Shown here one piece after another: positions 18,188-27,526 of a DNA stretch of 32,000 nt. The translations under genes were made by a program, and so were the position numbers. The stretch covers positions 1,410,001 to 1,442,000 of the forward strand of contig NZ_DS995298.1 in assembly GCF_000155895.1 (NCBI RefSeq), written 5' to 3'. Positions within the stretch are counted from its first letter, which is position 1, and every line of letters begins with the position of its first letter. The stretch is from Candidatus Pelagibacter sp. HTCC7211 (GTDB lineage: Bacteria > Pseudomonadota > Alphaproteobacteria > Pelagibacterales > Pelagibacteraceae). Below the pieces are notes generated by a model. That model was not told the DNA's origin. It ran no database searches and saw only the letters and a list, made by a program, of their open reading frames with translations.

Positions 18188-19639
18188 TTAAAACTGAAAA
18201 TATATAAATTGATTTATTGATCTGAAGAAAATCACAACTGTTGAAAAAATAATTGTTATTAAAACAATATCAAGCGAAATAGTTATTAATTTTTTTGAAT
18301 TTAATTTCGGAATAATTTTTTCTTTAAATAAATAAACTAAATAAAAATTTAGTAAGATTAGAAAAGTAATTAAATAAACATTTTCTCGCATACCAAGCCA
18401 CAAATATGCAAATGGGTTAATAACTTTTAGCCACATCTCTATACTATCAGATAAAGAATTAGCTCGAAACGGAATCCATGATAACATTATTAGTGGAATG
18501 GTTATTATAATTCCTAAAAATGATCTTAACCTATGTGAAAGATTTCGTTTAGATGGTTCTATAAATCTATAAATACTTATTAAAATTGCATGATAAATTC
18601 CCCATATTACAAATGTCCAATTTGCACCGTGCCAAAGCCCCATAATTCCCCATGTTATAAACAAAGATTTGTTGCTTCCTGAACTTTTTAAACTTTTTTT
18701 AAATCCACCTACTGATCGATTTTCAACTTTTTTTTTATTTAAAGGTAAATAAAGATAATCACGTATCCAACTTGATAAAGAGATATGCCATCTTTGCCAA
18801 AATTCCTTTGGAGAGCTTGAAATGTAAGGAAAATTGAAATTATTAGGAAATACTATTCCCATCATTCTTGCGCTACCTATTGCTATATAAGAATATCCGC
18901 TAAAATCAAAGTAAATCTGGAAACCAAACAAAAATGCTAAGGTCCAAACATCTATAGCTGACAAATCAGCAACGTTTATTATAAAGCCCCTGTCAACAAG
19001 AATTGAAATATTATCTGCTAGAACAACCTTTAAAAATAAACCAAATAATATAAATCGCAATCCAATCATAAGGTGATCAAGTGAAAATGATGATCGATTA
19101 ACAAATTGAGGAATTACTTCTTTTGCACGCAATATTGGACCAGCAACTAATTGAGGAAAAAAGGTTACATAACATGCAAATAGAATAAAATCTTTTTCTG
19201 GTTTAATGAAGCCCCTGTAAACATCTACTGTGTAACTTATTGTTTGAAATGTATAAAAACTAATACCCAAAGGAAGAATAATCTTTAGAGCAATAGGATC
19301 TATTTCAGCACCTAAAAGATTAGCAAAACCAAGTGCATTGTTCGCAAAGAAAATTAAATATTTAAAATAAACTAAAAGTCCAAGATTGGTTGTTAAACTA
19401 ATCAGTAATAAGGAAAACCTATGTTTTTTTTGACATTTATATATTTTTTGAGCAACCCACCAATCAACAATTACCGAAATTAATAAGATTGGAATAAATG
19501 AAATTTTCCAAAATCCATAAAATACTAAACTTGAAATAAAAATAAGAATTAGACGAGCCTTGTAAGGTAGCGACCAATACAAAGCGACAACTAAAAATAG
19601 CAATAATATATAAGTTAATGAATTAAAAATCATAACCAA
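18188..19639 (-). CDS. MBOAT-family membrane O-acyltransferase (AlgI/DltB/PatA-like)
   Basis: 483 aa and polytopic. Motifs GISFYTFQTISYTVDVYRG, FWQRWHISLSSWIRDYLYLPL (catalytic His) and GLWHGANWTFVIWGIYHA. Confidence 0.9.
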   Translation of the reverse strand: MVMIFNSLTYILLLFLVVALYWSLPYKARLILIFISSLVFYGFWKISFIPILLISVIVDWWVAQKIYKCQKKHRFSLLLISLTTNLGLLVYFKYLIFFANNALGFANLLGAEIDPIALKIILPLGISFYTFQTISYTVDVYRGFIKPEKDFILFACYVTFFPQLVAGPILRAKEVIPQFVNRSSFSLDHLMIGLRFILFGLFLKVVLADNISILVDRGFIINVADLSAIDVWTLAFLFGFQIYFDFSGYSYIAIGSARMMGIVFPNNFNFPYISSSPKEFWQRWHISLSSWIRDYLYLPLNKKKVENRSVGGFKKSLKSSGSNKSLFITWGIMGLWHGANWTFVIWGIYHAILISIYRFIEPSKRNLSHRLRSFLGIIITIPLIMLSWIPFRANSLSDSIEMWLKVINPFAYLWLGMRENVYLITFLILLNFYLVYLFKEKIIPKLNSKKLITISLDIVLITIIFSTVVIFFRSINQFIYFQF

Positions 19640-19643
19640 ACAA

Positions 19644-20795
19644 TTATTCTATAATTTTTAGAATCTCGACATATAAAGCTTCAGCTAACAAACTATGTCC
19701 TTCACCTTTAAAGTGCATAAAATCTAATTCTTGTTTTTTTTTTAAATTAGTTGAACCTTTAAATCCCCATAGTTTACTTGGGATAATCTTTTCTAAAGAA
19801 ACAAAATTAACATAATATTTATCAGCGATATTTTTAGTTTCTATTTTAAAATTAGAATACTCATTAATATTATAAGGGATCTTCACATCATTTCTTAATG
19901 GTGGAATATAAACTAATACTTTTATTTTATTTTTGATGGCTAAATTTAGAATATCTTCATACGCTTTTTGATTTTTTATATAAGGTCCTTTAATCATTCT
20001 ACGAGTCGAGGTTGCATTAATACCAAATATTGAATTTCTAAGTTGATATAATAATCCAAAAAATTTTCCTCTTAAAACCTCTCTATCTTTCCATAACGAC
20101 CAAATTTCACCAAGTTCTTTATTTAAGAAATTTTCCCAATTATTTTGTTTAGTGTTTTTTTCAATTTTTGACTCATTTCCAACTATATCTTTTGCATCAT
20201 TGAGAAAAATTAGATTTTTGCCTGTAAACGTTTTTTTAATACTTTCTAAAGTTTGTTGATCTTCTAAGGCGCTTATAATGTTTGATCTTAATACATCTTC
20301 GCGCATATCATCAAAAACTAAAGGTAATATCAAAGTTTCGATTGGAAATTTTTTTATTAAATGTGCAAAAAGCAAAAAATGCTCTTGTAAATTTGCATTT
20401 GGTTGAGAAAAAGTCAAAGTATATATTCCAAATTTTTTCAGTTTTTTATGTAATTTTAATGGTGAAACTTCATCATCAGGTTGAGGTTGATTTATTGCGT
20501 GCAGTTGAGAATTGCCTAGCCATAAAATTACTGGCATTTTATCATTAGTGTTTTTATAACTATCAATACAACTATCTAAATCGCTTAAGTCACCACAATG
20601 AACTCTTTCACCATCTTCTATCCCCATTGATTTTTTATTATCATCACCTAGAGCTAATTCCTCAAATTTAATATCTTTTTTGCTATTATGTGTAACAAAA
20701 GTAAGGAAAAAAAAACCAAAAATTAATCCTATTAAAATTGATATTTTACTTTGATATAAATTGTCTTTTTTAATTAATAAAAAAAATTTATTCAT
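19644..20795 (-). CDS. Signal-anchored periplasmic protein with degenerate SGNH-like blocks; putative partner of the MBOAT enzyme
   Basis: 383 aa with one N-terminal TM, ISILIGLIFGFFFLTFV. Candidate SGNH blocks are VILWLGNSQLH (block I-like, GNSQ in place of GDSx) and ELDFMHFKGEGH (DxxH block V-like). Its stop is 4 nt upstream of the MBOAT gene's start codon. Function is inferred from motifs and position only. Confidence 0.45.
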   Translation of the reverse strand: MNKFFLLIKKDNLYQSKISILIGLIFGFFFLTFVTHNSKKDIKFEELALGDDNKKSMGIEDGERVHCGDLSDLDSCIDSYKNTNDKMPVILWLGNSQLHAINQPQPDDEVSPLKLHKKLKKFGIYTLTFSQPNANLQEHFLLFAHLIKKFPIETLILPLVFDDMREDVLRSNIISALEDQQTLESIKKTFTGKNLIFLNDAKDIVGNESKIEKNTKQNNWENFLNKELGEIWSLWKDREVLRGKFFGLLYQLRNSIFGINATSTRRMIKGPYIKNQKAYEDILNLAIKNKIKVLVYIPPLRNDVKIPYNINEYSNFKIETKNIADKYYVNFVSLEKIIPSKLWGFKGSTNLKKKQELDFMHFKGEGHSLLAEALYVEILKIIE

Positions 20796-20809
20796 ATTTT
20801 GATACTCTT

Positions 20810-22567
20810 TTAATTATTTCTTTTTATTATCCAGTCTCCTATCACCAAGATATCCATTTTAGTGCGTAAAAAAGTTTCGAGTGCTTCTTCAGGTTTACAA
20901 ACAACTGGCTCATTTTCATTAAACGAAGTATTTAAAACCATTGGAACTCCTGTTAGATTTTTAAATTCATTTATTAATGAATAATATCTTGGGTTATTTT
21001 TTTTATCTACAGTTTGTAATCGCCCAGACCCATCTACATGTGTAACTGCAGGAATTATTGATCTTTTATTTTTTTTAATTTGATAAACCTGCATCATAAA
21101 TGGCACATCATCGTTTTGCTCAAACCATTCAGATACTTCTTTACTAAGAATTGAGGGTGCAAAAGGTCTGAAAGACTCTCTTCTTTTTATCTTAAGATTT
21201 AATATATCTTTCATATCAGATCTGCGAGGGTCGCAGACAATGCTGCGATTTCCTAAAGCTCTTGGTCCCCATTCCATTTTTCCCTGAAACCATCCAATTA
21301 CTTTTCCTTCTGCAATCTCTGAAGCTATATGTTTTGTCAGTTGTGTGATCTCAGAAAAATTTTCTATAAGACAATTTTCTTTTTTTATTTTATTTTTTTG
21401 TAATTTTAATAAATCGCTAATATAATCGTCTGTAAAAGAGGGTCCCCAGTAAGCATGATCATGTGGTAAAACTCTTTCTTTTGATTTTTTACCGCCAATT
21501 TTATGCCATGTCATCAATGCTGCTCCAATTGCACCACCCGCATCACCTGCTGCAGCTTGAATATAAATTTTCTTAAACGGAGTTTTTAAAGATACTTTTC
21601 CATTTGCAACTGAATTCATTCCACAGCCACCAGAAATCGAGAGATTATCTATTTTATATCTTTTATATAATTTGTTTAATAAATGAAAGAATGCTTCTTC
21701 GTACATTAACTGCACAGAGTGTGCTATATCTTTATGTTTTTGAGTTAATTCTTGATTATTACCTCGAGCTGAACCTAAAAGTTTTTCAAGATCAGGCGAG
21801 AATAAAGTTCCAATATGAGGTGATCCTTTTTCCCATTCATAATCAATTTTTTCACGATGATGTCTAAAATATTTAAGATTTAATTCAAATGTGCCATCTG
21901 ATTTTAATTTTACTATATCTCTTAATTGTTTGATATAAACTGGTTTACCATATGGGGCTAAACCCATGACCTTATATTCATCTCCATAATTATGAAATCC
22001 AATATACTGCGTTAATGCTTGATAAAAAATACCCAACGAATGAGGAAAATAAACACGATCTGCTAAGTTAATTTTTGTACCCTTTCCAATACCAAAAGCA
22101 GTACTTGCAAAGTCTCCGAAACCATCTACTGAAACTACTACTGCCTCATTAAAATTAGATGTATGAAAGGCAGACGATAAGTGTGCAGCATGGTGTTCGA
22201 CTGCATGAATAGAGCCATTAAATTTTGAATTTGAAAATACTTTTAAAATTTGGTCATTAATATTAAGACGCTTCCGCTTATTTTTAAGACGGTCTAAAAG
22301 CATTTTCAAATTTGGGCGATTTTTAAATGTAAATATAATTTTTCTTAGAAGGTTAGCTTTTACATCTTGATTTAATGCAATGTGTTCCACATTTTCTAAA
22401 CCAATCCCTGCTTCAGATAAGCACCATTTAATCGCCTCTGATGGAAATCCAGCCCAATGCTTAATTCGTCTAAAACGTTCCTCCTCCGCTGCTGCAATTA
22501 AACGACCATCCTTTAAAATGCAAGCTGAGGAATCTCCATGAAATGCATTGATGCCAATTATGTACAT
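20810..22567 (-). CDS. Carbamoyltransferase (NodU/CmcH/TobZ family)
   Basis: 585 aa. The N-terminus is IIGINAFHGDSSACILKDGRLIAAAEEERFRRIKHWAGFP. Further motifs are SGGCGMNSVANG and the C-terminal LNTSFNENEPVV. Confidence 0.9.
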   Translation of the reverse strand: MYIIGINAFHGDSSACILKDGRLIAAAEEERFRRIKHWAGFPSEAIKWCLSEAGIGLENVEHIALNQDVKANLLRKIIFTFKNRPNLKMLLDRLKNKRKRLNINDQILKVFSNSKFNGSIHAVEHHAAHLSSAFHTSNFNEAVVVSVDGFGDFASTAFGIGKGTKINLADRVYFPHSLGIFYQALTQYIGFHNYGDEYKVMGLAPYGKPVYIKQLRDIVKLKSDGTFELNLKYFRHHREKIDYEWEKGSPHIGTLFSPDLEKLLGSARGNNQELTQKHKDIAHSVQLMYEEAFFHLLNKLYKRYKIDNLSISGGCGMNSVANGKVSLKTPFKKIYIQAAAGDAGGAIGAALMTWHKIGGKKSKERVLPHDHAYWGPSFTDDYISDLLKLQKNKIKKENCLIENFSEITQLTKHIASEIAEGKVIGWFQGKMEWGPRALGNRSIVCDPRRSDMKDILNLKIKRRESFRPFAPSILSKEVSEWFEQNDDVPFMMQVYQIKKNKRSIIPAVTHVDGSGRLQTVDKKNNPRYYSLINEFKNLTGVPMVLNTSFNENEPVVCKPEEALETFLRTKMDILVIGDWIIKRNN

Positions 22568-22589
22568 AAGTTTTCTACCCTCTTAATTT

Positions 22590-23735
22590 TTATTTATAAT
22601 TAGATATGTATTTATAAGCTAGTGAATGAAGTTCCCCACATCTCTTTAAATTAAGTTTATTTTCAGCTATTTGTCTTGATTTTTTACCAAATCTTTGTCT
22701 TAGTTTAGATCTATCAATAAGCTTTTTTATACCTTTTGCCAAATTTTTATCATTTCCTACTCTAACAACCAAACCATTATTGCCATTATTAATAAATTTT
22801 TTAATGTCACCAACATCAGTGGAAACTATTGCCTTCTCCATTGACATAGCTTCCCATACAGATAAGGGTGAAGATTCATTTCTAGAAGTACAAACATATA
22901 TATTAATTAGCTTAAGCAAAGGCCTAACATCTTCTCTATAATTCAGAAAAAAAAAATTTTTTATTGACAGTTCTTTTATTAAACTATTTAATTTCTTAAA
23001 ATATTCATTTTGACTAGCGTAAATATTACCTATTACAATAAAAACTATTTTATCTGAGTAAAAAGATAGTTTTTTTGCAGCCTTTATAAACATTTCAAGG
23101 TTTTTAACTGGATTTATATTTGAAACTGTACCAATAATAATTTTTTTTTTTTCAATTTTTTTATTTATAAATTTCTCTTTTGGATATTTCAAATAAGGAT
23201 TAAAAAAATTTGTATCAACAGGTGACTGAATTATAAAACTTTTACGATTAGGTATTAATTTCTTATAATAATCTTTTGTCTTCTCCGAAGCAAAAATAAA
23301 CCCATTTGCTAAATGACTTAAAAAAAAAAATATATTTCTAATTAAAGTAGGAGAATATGTATCATTTAATTCCCAAATAACCTTGATAGAAGCTAATTTT
23401 GCAGCAAAAATTCCTTTACTTTGCCAACAGCCACCACTTACGTGTACAAGGTCAAAGTTATATTTTTTCAATATTTTAGCTAGCATAATAACCTCAAATG
23501 GAAAAAAAATTATATAAAGTAAAATATCAATCAAATTACGTTTTATTGTAGTTAAAGATAACGATAAATAATTAACACCAAGTAATTTACATTGTTTTTT
23601 TATAGCTCTTGAATTTTGATTTGGGAAAATTAATGTTACATCAACCTGTCCTCTTAAAACTTTTGCAACTTTTAAATTTCGAATCTGTGGACCACCTATT
23701 CTTGCTTCTTCTATAATGTTAGCAACACGTATCAA
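22590..23735 (-). CDS. Glycosyltransferase family 4 (GT-B fold)
   Basis: 381 aa with a TTG start overlapping the upstream stop (TTGA). EX7E-type motif ESSPLSVWEAMSMEKAIVSTDVGD. Confidence 0.82.
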   Translation of the reverse strand: MIRVANIIEEARIGGPQIRNLKVAKVLRGQVDVTLIFPNQNSRAIKKQCKLLGVNYLSLSLTTIKRNLIDILLYIIFFPFEVIMLAKILKKYNFDLVHVSGGCWQSKGIFAAKLASIKVIWELNDTYSPTLIRNIFFFLSHLANGFIFASEKTKDYYKKLIPNRKSFIIQSPVDTNFFNPYLKYPKEKFINKKIEKKKIIIGTVSNINPVKNLEMFIKAAKKLSFYSDKIVFIVIGNIYASQNEYFKKLNSLIKELSIKNFFFLNYREDVRPLLKLINIYVCTSRNESSPLSVWEAMSMEKAIVSTDVGDIKKFINNGNNGLVVRVGNDKNLAKGIKKLIDRSKLRQRFGKKSRQIAENKLNLKRCGELHSLAYKYISNYK

Positions 23736-24955
23736 CTGATAAGATCCTTAATTGTGTTTTTGTTTTTTAAATTACTTACGTTAACAGGTCTTTTGTAATT
23801 ATAATGATTTAAACCACACAAGATAATTGCATACCAACAAAAATAATATCTATACCAAGGGATAGCCAGAAGATAAATCATACTTATTAATAAGAGAGTA
23901 CGATTTGTATTTGAAAAAGATATGGACATAAATAGCACTAAGCAAGAAATTAAAATTCCAAATTCAAAGAAAAGATATAAAAAACCTGAAGATAATCCTC
24001 TACCTAGTTCATCATCAGAATATTTGATAAAATTATTTATTCCATGACCAAATAAAAGTTTGGAAATAGAGGCATCCTTTAAAACTTCAATAGCAAAGAA
24101 ATTTCGTTCCATTCGATCTAGAAATGAGGTTTCAGAAAAATGTAAATTGAATGACTCAAAATTTACATTAAACAAATAAGAAACAATTAAAATTAATAAT
24201 GATGACATTAATACAGTAAGTACAACATTAATTTGTTTAAATTTTAAATCTAGAATAAGAATAATTATTAAAACCAAATAAAATGTAAGTGAAAAAGTCA
24301 ACAAACCAGCTAACAAACTTGTAAGATAATATTTTATTGGAAATAAATTTCTATTCTTTGAGATAATCAATAAATTAAATGCAAAAAACATACCTGCATA
24401 TTGTGGTTCAGTAAAAAAACTACTAACTCTCTCTAATCCAATAAAAGCAAATTGTTTAAAGACTGTAAAACCAAAAATACTAATTTTATAATCGTAAGCT
24501 GGGTTAAATAAAGACTCAGATGAATTGAAACTTACTAAAGAAGTATTAAAATTTGTGAACTGATTAACAAAAAAAGAAATAATTGCTAAAATTGAAATTA
24601 TGAATGAAAAACGTATCCATAATCGAAGAAAAGTTTCATTACTAAAATTATTTGTTCTTAAAACTCTAAATATTGAATAAGCAACAAAAATTACCGCATA
24701 TGCAGATAGAACATTATTTAAGCTACTCCTCTGAGAGAAAATCTCCAGAATTAAAATAATCATCAAAAGAATAAAAAAATTAATTTCTAAAAATTTAAAT
24801 TTTGTATTCTCAAGATAAAGTAATAATATAATTACTACACCAATCAACCCTCTTATTTCTTTTCCAAAAAATGGAAGTTGAGAGAATACAAATGGTGGGC
24901 TAATTAATGCTAAAGCAATTAGTAAAATAGAAATAATTTTTATTCGAGTATGCAT
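23732..24955 (-). CDS. Polytopic membrane protein, O-antigen polymerase-like (Wzy-type)
   Basis: 407 aa with about 10-11 TM segments. Has a loop with FGHGINNF followed by GFLYLFFEFGILIS, a degenerate version of the Wzy_C motif. It is embedded between glycosyltransferase genes. Confidence 0.6.
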   Translation of the reverse strand: MHTRIKIISILLIALALISPPFVFSQLPFFGKEIRGLIGVVIILLLYLENTKFKFLEINFFILLMIILILEIFSQRSSLNNVLSAYAVIFVAYSIFRVLRTNNFSNETFLRLWIRFSFIISILAIISFFVNQFTNFNTSLVSFNSSESLFNPAYDYKISIFGFTVFKQFAFIGLERVSSFFTEPQYAGMFFAFNLLIISKNRNLFPIKYYLTSLLAGLLTFSLTFYLVLIIILILDLKFKQINVVLTVLMSSLLILIVSYLFNVNFESFNLHFSETSFLDRMERNFFAIEVLKDASISKLLFGHGINNFIKYSDDELGRGLSSGFLYLFFEFGILISCLVLFMSISFSNTNRTLLLISMIYLLAIPWYRYYFCWYAIILCGLNHYNYKRPVNVSNLKNKNTIKDLIS

Positions 24956-24997
24956 TTATTCAACAAAGATTTATTATATATAATTTTTTAAATTGAA

Positions 24998-25888
24998 TCA
25001 TCTATTGGAACTAATCATTATATGAGTAATCATAATTAATGATTTCAATCTCAATTTAAAAGAACTATATCTTAATACAAATACTAAATCTTTTTTTGCT
25101 TGTTTATAGTTAAAATTTAAATAATTAAATCGACCTGATATATACTTAATATTTGCTTCTAATTTTTTTTTTTGCTTATTATTTAAAATACACAAAAAGT
25201 CTTGTGTTGCTTTTTGAGTTGGCATAGACATATTTCTTCGAGATACTCCTTCGTGATGTATATAATAATATCCAAGTTTTTTGGGAATGTATAAAAATTG
25301 GTCGGTAAATTTTGAAATTTTTAACCAAGTGTTATAATCCTCAGCTGCAATTAAATCTTTATTTTCCTCAATTAAACCAATTTTTGTAAGTACTTTTTTT
25401 CTAACAATCACAGAGGAATTACTGATCACATTACCATTTACTAATAAATCTATTAATATTGGTTTTTTTAATTGACGAGATTTATTTATTTTGCCTTTAA
25501 AAAATATTTGTCTATCAGACGTAACTTCCAAATCATGATAAATTAAATCTATTTGATTATTAATATTCTCTATGCAGGTTTTAAGTTTATCACTTGTCCA
25601 AGAATCATCAGAGTCCAAAAAAGCTACCCAATCCCCTTTTGCTGATTTAATACCTATATTCCTAGATTTAGCAATTACTCCATAATTTTGGATTTTTAAG
25701 TACTTGATTCTATGATCATTGAATCTAGCAATTACCTTACCTGTATCATCTGTTGAATGATTATCGATTACGATTGCTTCCCAATTTGTGTATGTTTGAT
25801 GAAGAACTGATTGTAATGCCTTGTTGAGATAATCCGCATGATTAAAAGTTGGAATTATAATGGATACAAGTGGTTTAAATTTATACAT
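24998..25888 (-). CDS. Glycosyltransferase family 2
   Basis: 296 aa. Motifs VSIIIPTFNHADYL, VIDNHSTDDT and the DxD motif LDSDDSW. Confidence 0.85.
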   Translation of the reverse strand: MYKFKPLVSIIIPTFNHADYLNKALQSVLHQTYTNWEAIVIDNHSTDDTGKVIARFNDHRIKYLKIQNYGVIAKSRNIGIKSAKGDWVAFLDSDDSWTSDKLKTCIENINNQIDLIYHDLEVTSDRQIFFKGKINKSRQLKKPILIDLLVNGNVISNSSVIVRKKVLTKIGLIEENKDLIAAEDYNTWLKISKFTDQFLYIPKKLGYYYIHHEGVSRRNMSMPTQKATQDFLCILNNKQKKKLEANIKYISGRFNYLNFNYKQAKKDLVFVLRYSSFKLRLKSLIMITHIMISSNR

Positions 25889-25919
25889 TAATTTAATAGT
25901 ATTAGTATTTTATAGAAAT

Positions 25920-26831
25920 TTATTTCATAATAAGTTTATATTTTTTAATTATTTTATTTATATTTTTCAAAATTTGATCAATTTCAAAATAAATTTTTTT
26001 ATTATCTGGAGAAAATTTTAAATTTTGATTGCTATGTATTAAAATTTTCTTTTTTTGTCTAGATTTTTTTATTATTGTGTCAATATTTAAATTAAATATA
26101 AATTTACATCTTTTCTGAATTAATTTTGCTGTATCTCTAAGATTTAAATTTTTATATGAAATATTTATAATTGAATTCTTGAAAAATTTTTTGGTTATTA
26201 TAAAGTTTAGTACTTGCATAAATATTTTTGATGGAACAAATGTCCTCTGTACAGAACCATTATTAATTATAATCTTATTTTTTTTTAAAGCCGAAACACA
26301 TAAACTATGAATTATGTTATTATTAATTTCTCTTAAATTTTCATACTTTTTAAATCCAAAAACATTACCAATCCTTAAAATTGTAAACATATTTTTATGA
26401 TTTAAAAATTTTTTAATAATAATTCTTTCAGATTCATAGTGCGCTTTTGAATAAGAATTTTTAAGATTAATTTTAGAATTTAAAGAAATATTATTTTTTC
26501 CGTAATCTTTATAAACTTGCATAGAAGATATATAAATTAATTTGATATTATTTATTAAACATAGATCACAGATATTTGAAGTGATTTGATTTTTTTTTTT
26601 TATTAAATTGATATTTTTTAATAATTGATTTTGATTAGGCCCTATAAGATGAACAATATATTCAAATTTTTTGAATATTTTTAAATTTTTTTTAGTAAAT
26701 TTATAATTAAAAAAATTTTTAGCATTCTTTTTTCTAGAAAAAAAAAAATATTTATTTTTTTTAAAACTATTTTGATTTTTTATTAACGATGCTAGATAAC
26801 CAGTGCCACCAAAGACAGCTATTTTTGCCAT
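25920..26831 (-). CDS. Extended-SDR family protein, probable NDP-4-ketohexose reductase (RfbJ/RfbS-like size and position)
   Basis: 303 aa. Motifs IAVFGGTGYLAS (Rossmann) and ILRIGNVFG. The catalytic region reads NSYSKAHYESE, so YxxxK is not in the canonical register. The gene is extremely AT-rich (15% GC hand-counted at 26001-26100). The ATG overlaps the rfbF stop (TAATG). Confidence 0.6.
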   Translation of the reverse strand: MAKIAVFGGTGYLASLIKNQNSFKKNKYFFFSRKKNAKNFFNYKFTKKNLKIFKKFEYIVHLIGPNQNQLLKNINLIKKKNQITSNICDLCLINNIKLIYISSMQVYKDYGKNNISLNSKINLKNSYSKAHYESERIIIKKFLNHKNMFTILRIGNVFGFKKYENLREINNNIIHSLCVSALKKNKIIINNGSVQRTFVPSKIFMQVLNFIITKKFFKNSIINISYKNLNLRDTAKLIQKRCKFIFNLNIDTIIKKSRQKKKILIHSNQNLKFSPDNKKIYFEIDQILKNINKIIKKYKLIMK

Positions 26832-27526
26832 TATTTAAGCCATGGAGATTTTTTATTTCTTATCATCTTATCTAATACTTTTTTATCCCTTAAAGTATCC
26901 ATACAAAACCAAAAACCTTTATGTTTATAAGCAGCTAAATTTTTTGAAATTACTGCTTTTGTTAAAGGAGATCTTTCAAGCATTTCATTTTTTTTTCCTA
27001 TAAATTTTAAAAATTCAGGTTCGACCACAAAAAAACCTCCATTAATCCAACCTTTTTGTAATTGAGGTTTTTCCTCAAATTTTGTCACTACTCGACCAGA
27101 TATAGTCAACTCACCAAACCTTGCAGGTGGATGAACAGCGGTTAAAGTAATTTTTTTTTTACTTTTTTTATGAAAATATAATAATTTTTTTAAATTAACA
27201 TTTGATAAACCATCACCATAAGTTAGCATAAATGTTCTTTTTAACTTATCCTCAAGTTTTTTTAGTCTAGTTCCTGTTAAAGTTTCAACGCCTGTGTTTA
27301 TAACTTCTATTTTTGCAGATATTTTTTTGTTTCTAAAATAATTATTTATGATTGAATGTTTATATCCGCTAGCTATTATAAAATCATTAAAACCAAATTT
27401 CATATAATATTTAATTATATGATCTAAAATAGGTTTAGATCCAACTGGCACCATTGGTTTTGGTATTGATCTTGTAAATTCTGCTAATCTTGTTCCTTTT
27501 CCACCAGCTAATATTACAACTTTCAT
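26831..27526 (-). CDS. rfbF: Glucose-1-phosphate cytidylyltransferase
   Basis: 231 aa counted from the ATG at 27526: MKVVILAGGKGTRLAEFTRSIPKPMVPVGSKPILDHII, which parallels Salmonella RfbF MKAVILAGGLGTRL...KPKPMVEIGGKPIL. This ATG forms an ATGA overlap with the upstream stop. The track's longer start at 27544 would add 6 non-conserved residues. Confidence 0.88.
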   Translation of the reverse strand: MKVVILAGGKGTRLAEFTRSIPKPMVPVGSKPILDHIIKYYMKFGFNDFIIASGYKHSIINNYFRNKKISAKIEVINTGVETLTGTRLKKLEDKLKRTFMLTYGDGLSNVNLKKLLYFHKKSKKKITLTAVHPPARFGELTISGRVVTKFEEKPQLQKGWINGGFFVVEPEFLKFIGKKNEMLERSPLTKAVISKNLAAYKHKGFWFCMDTLRDKKVLDKMIRNKKSPWLK

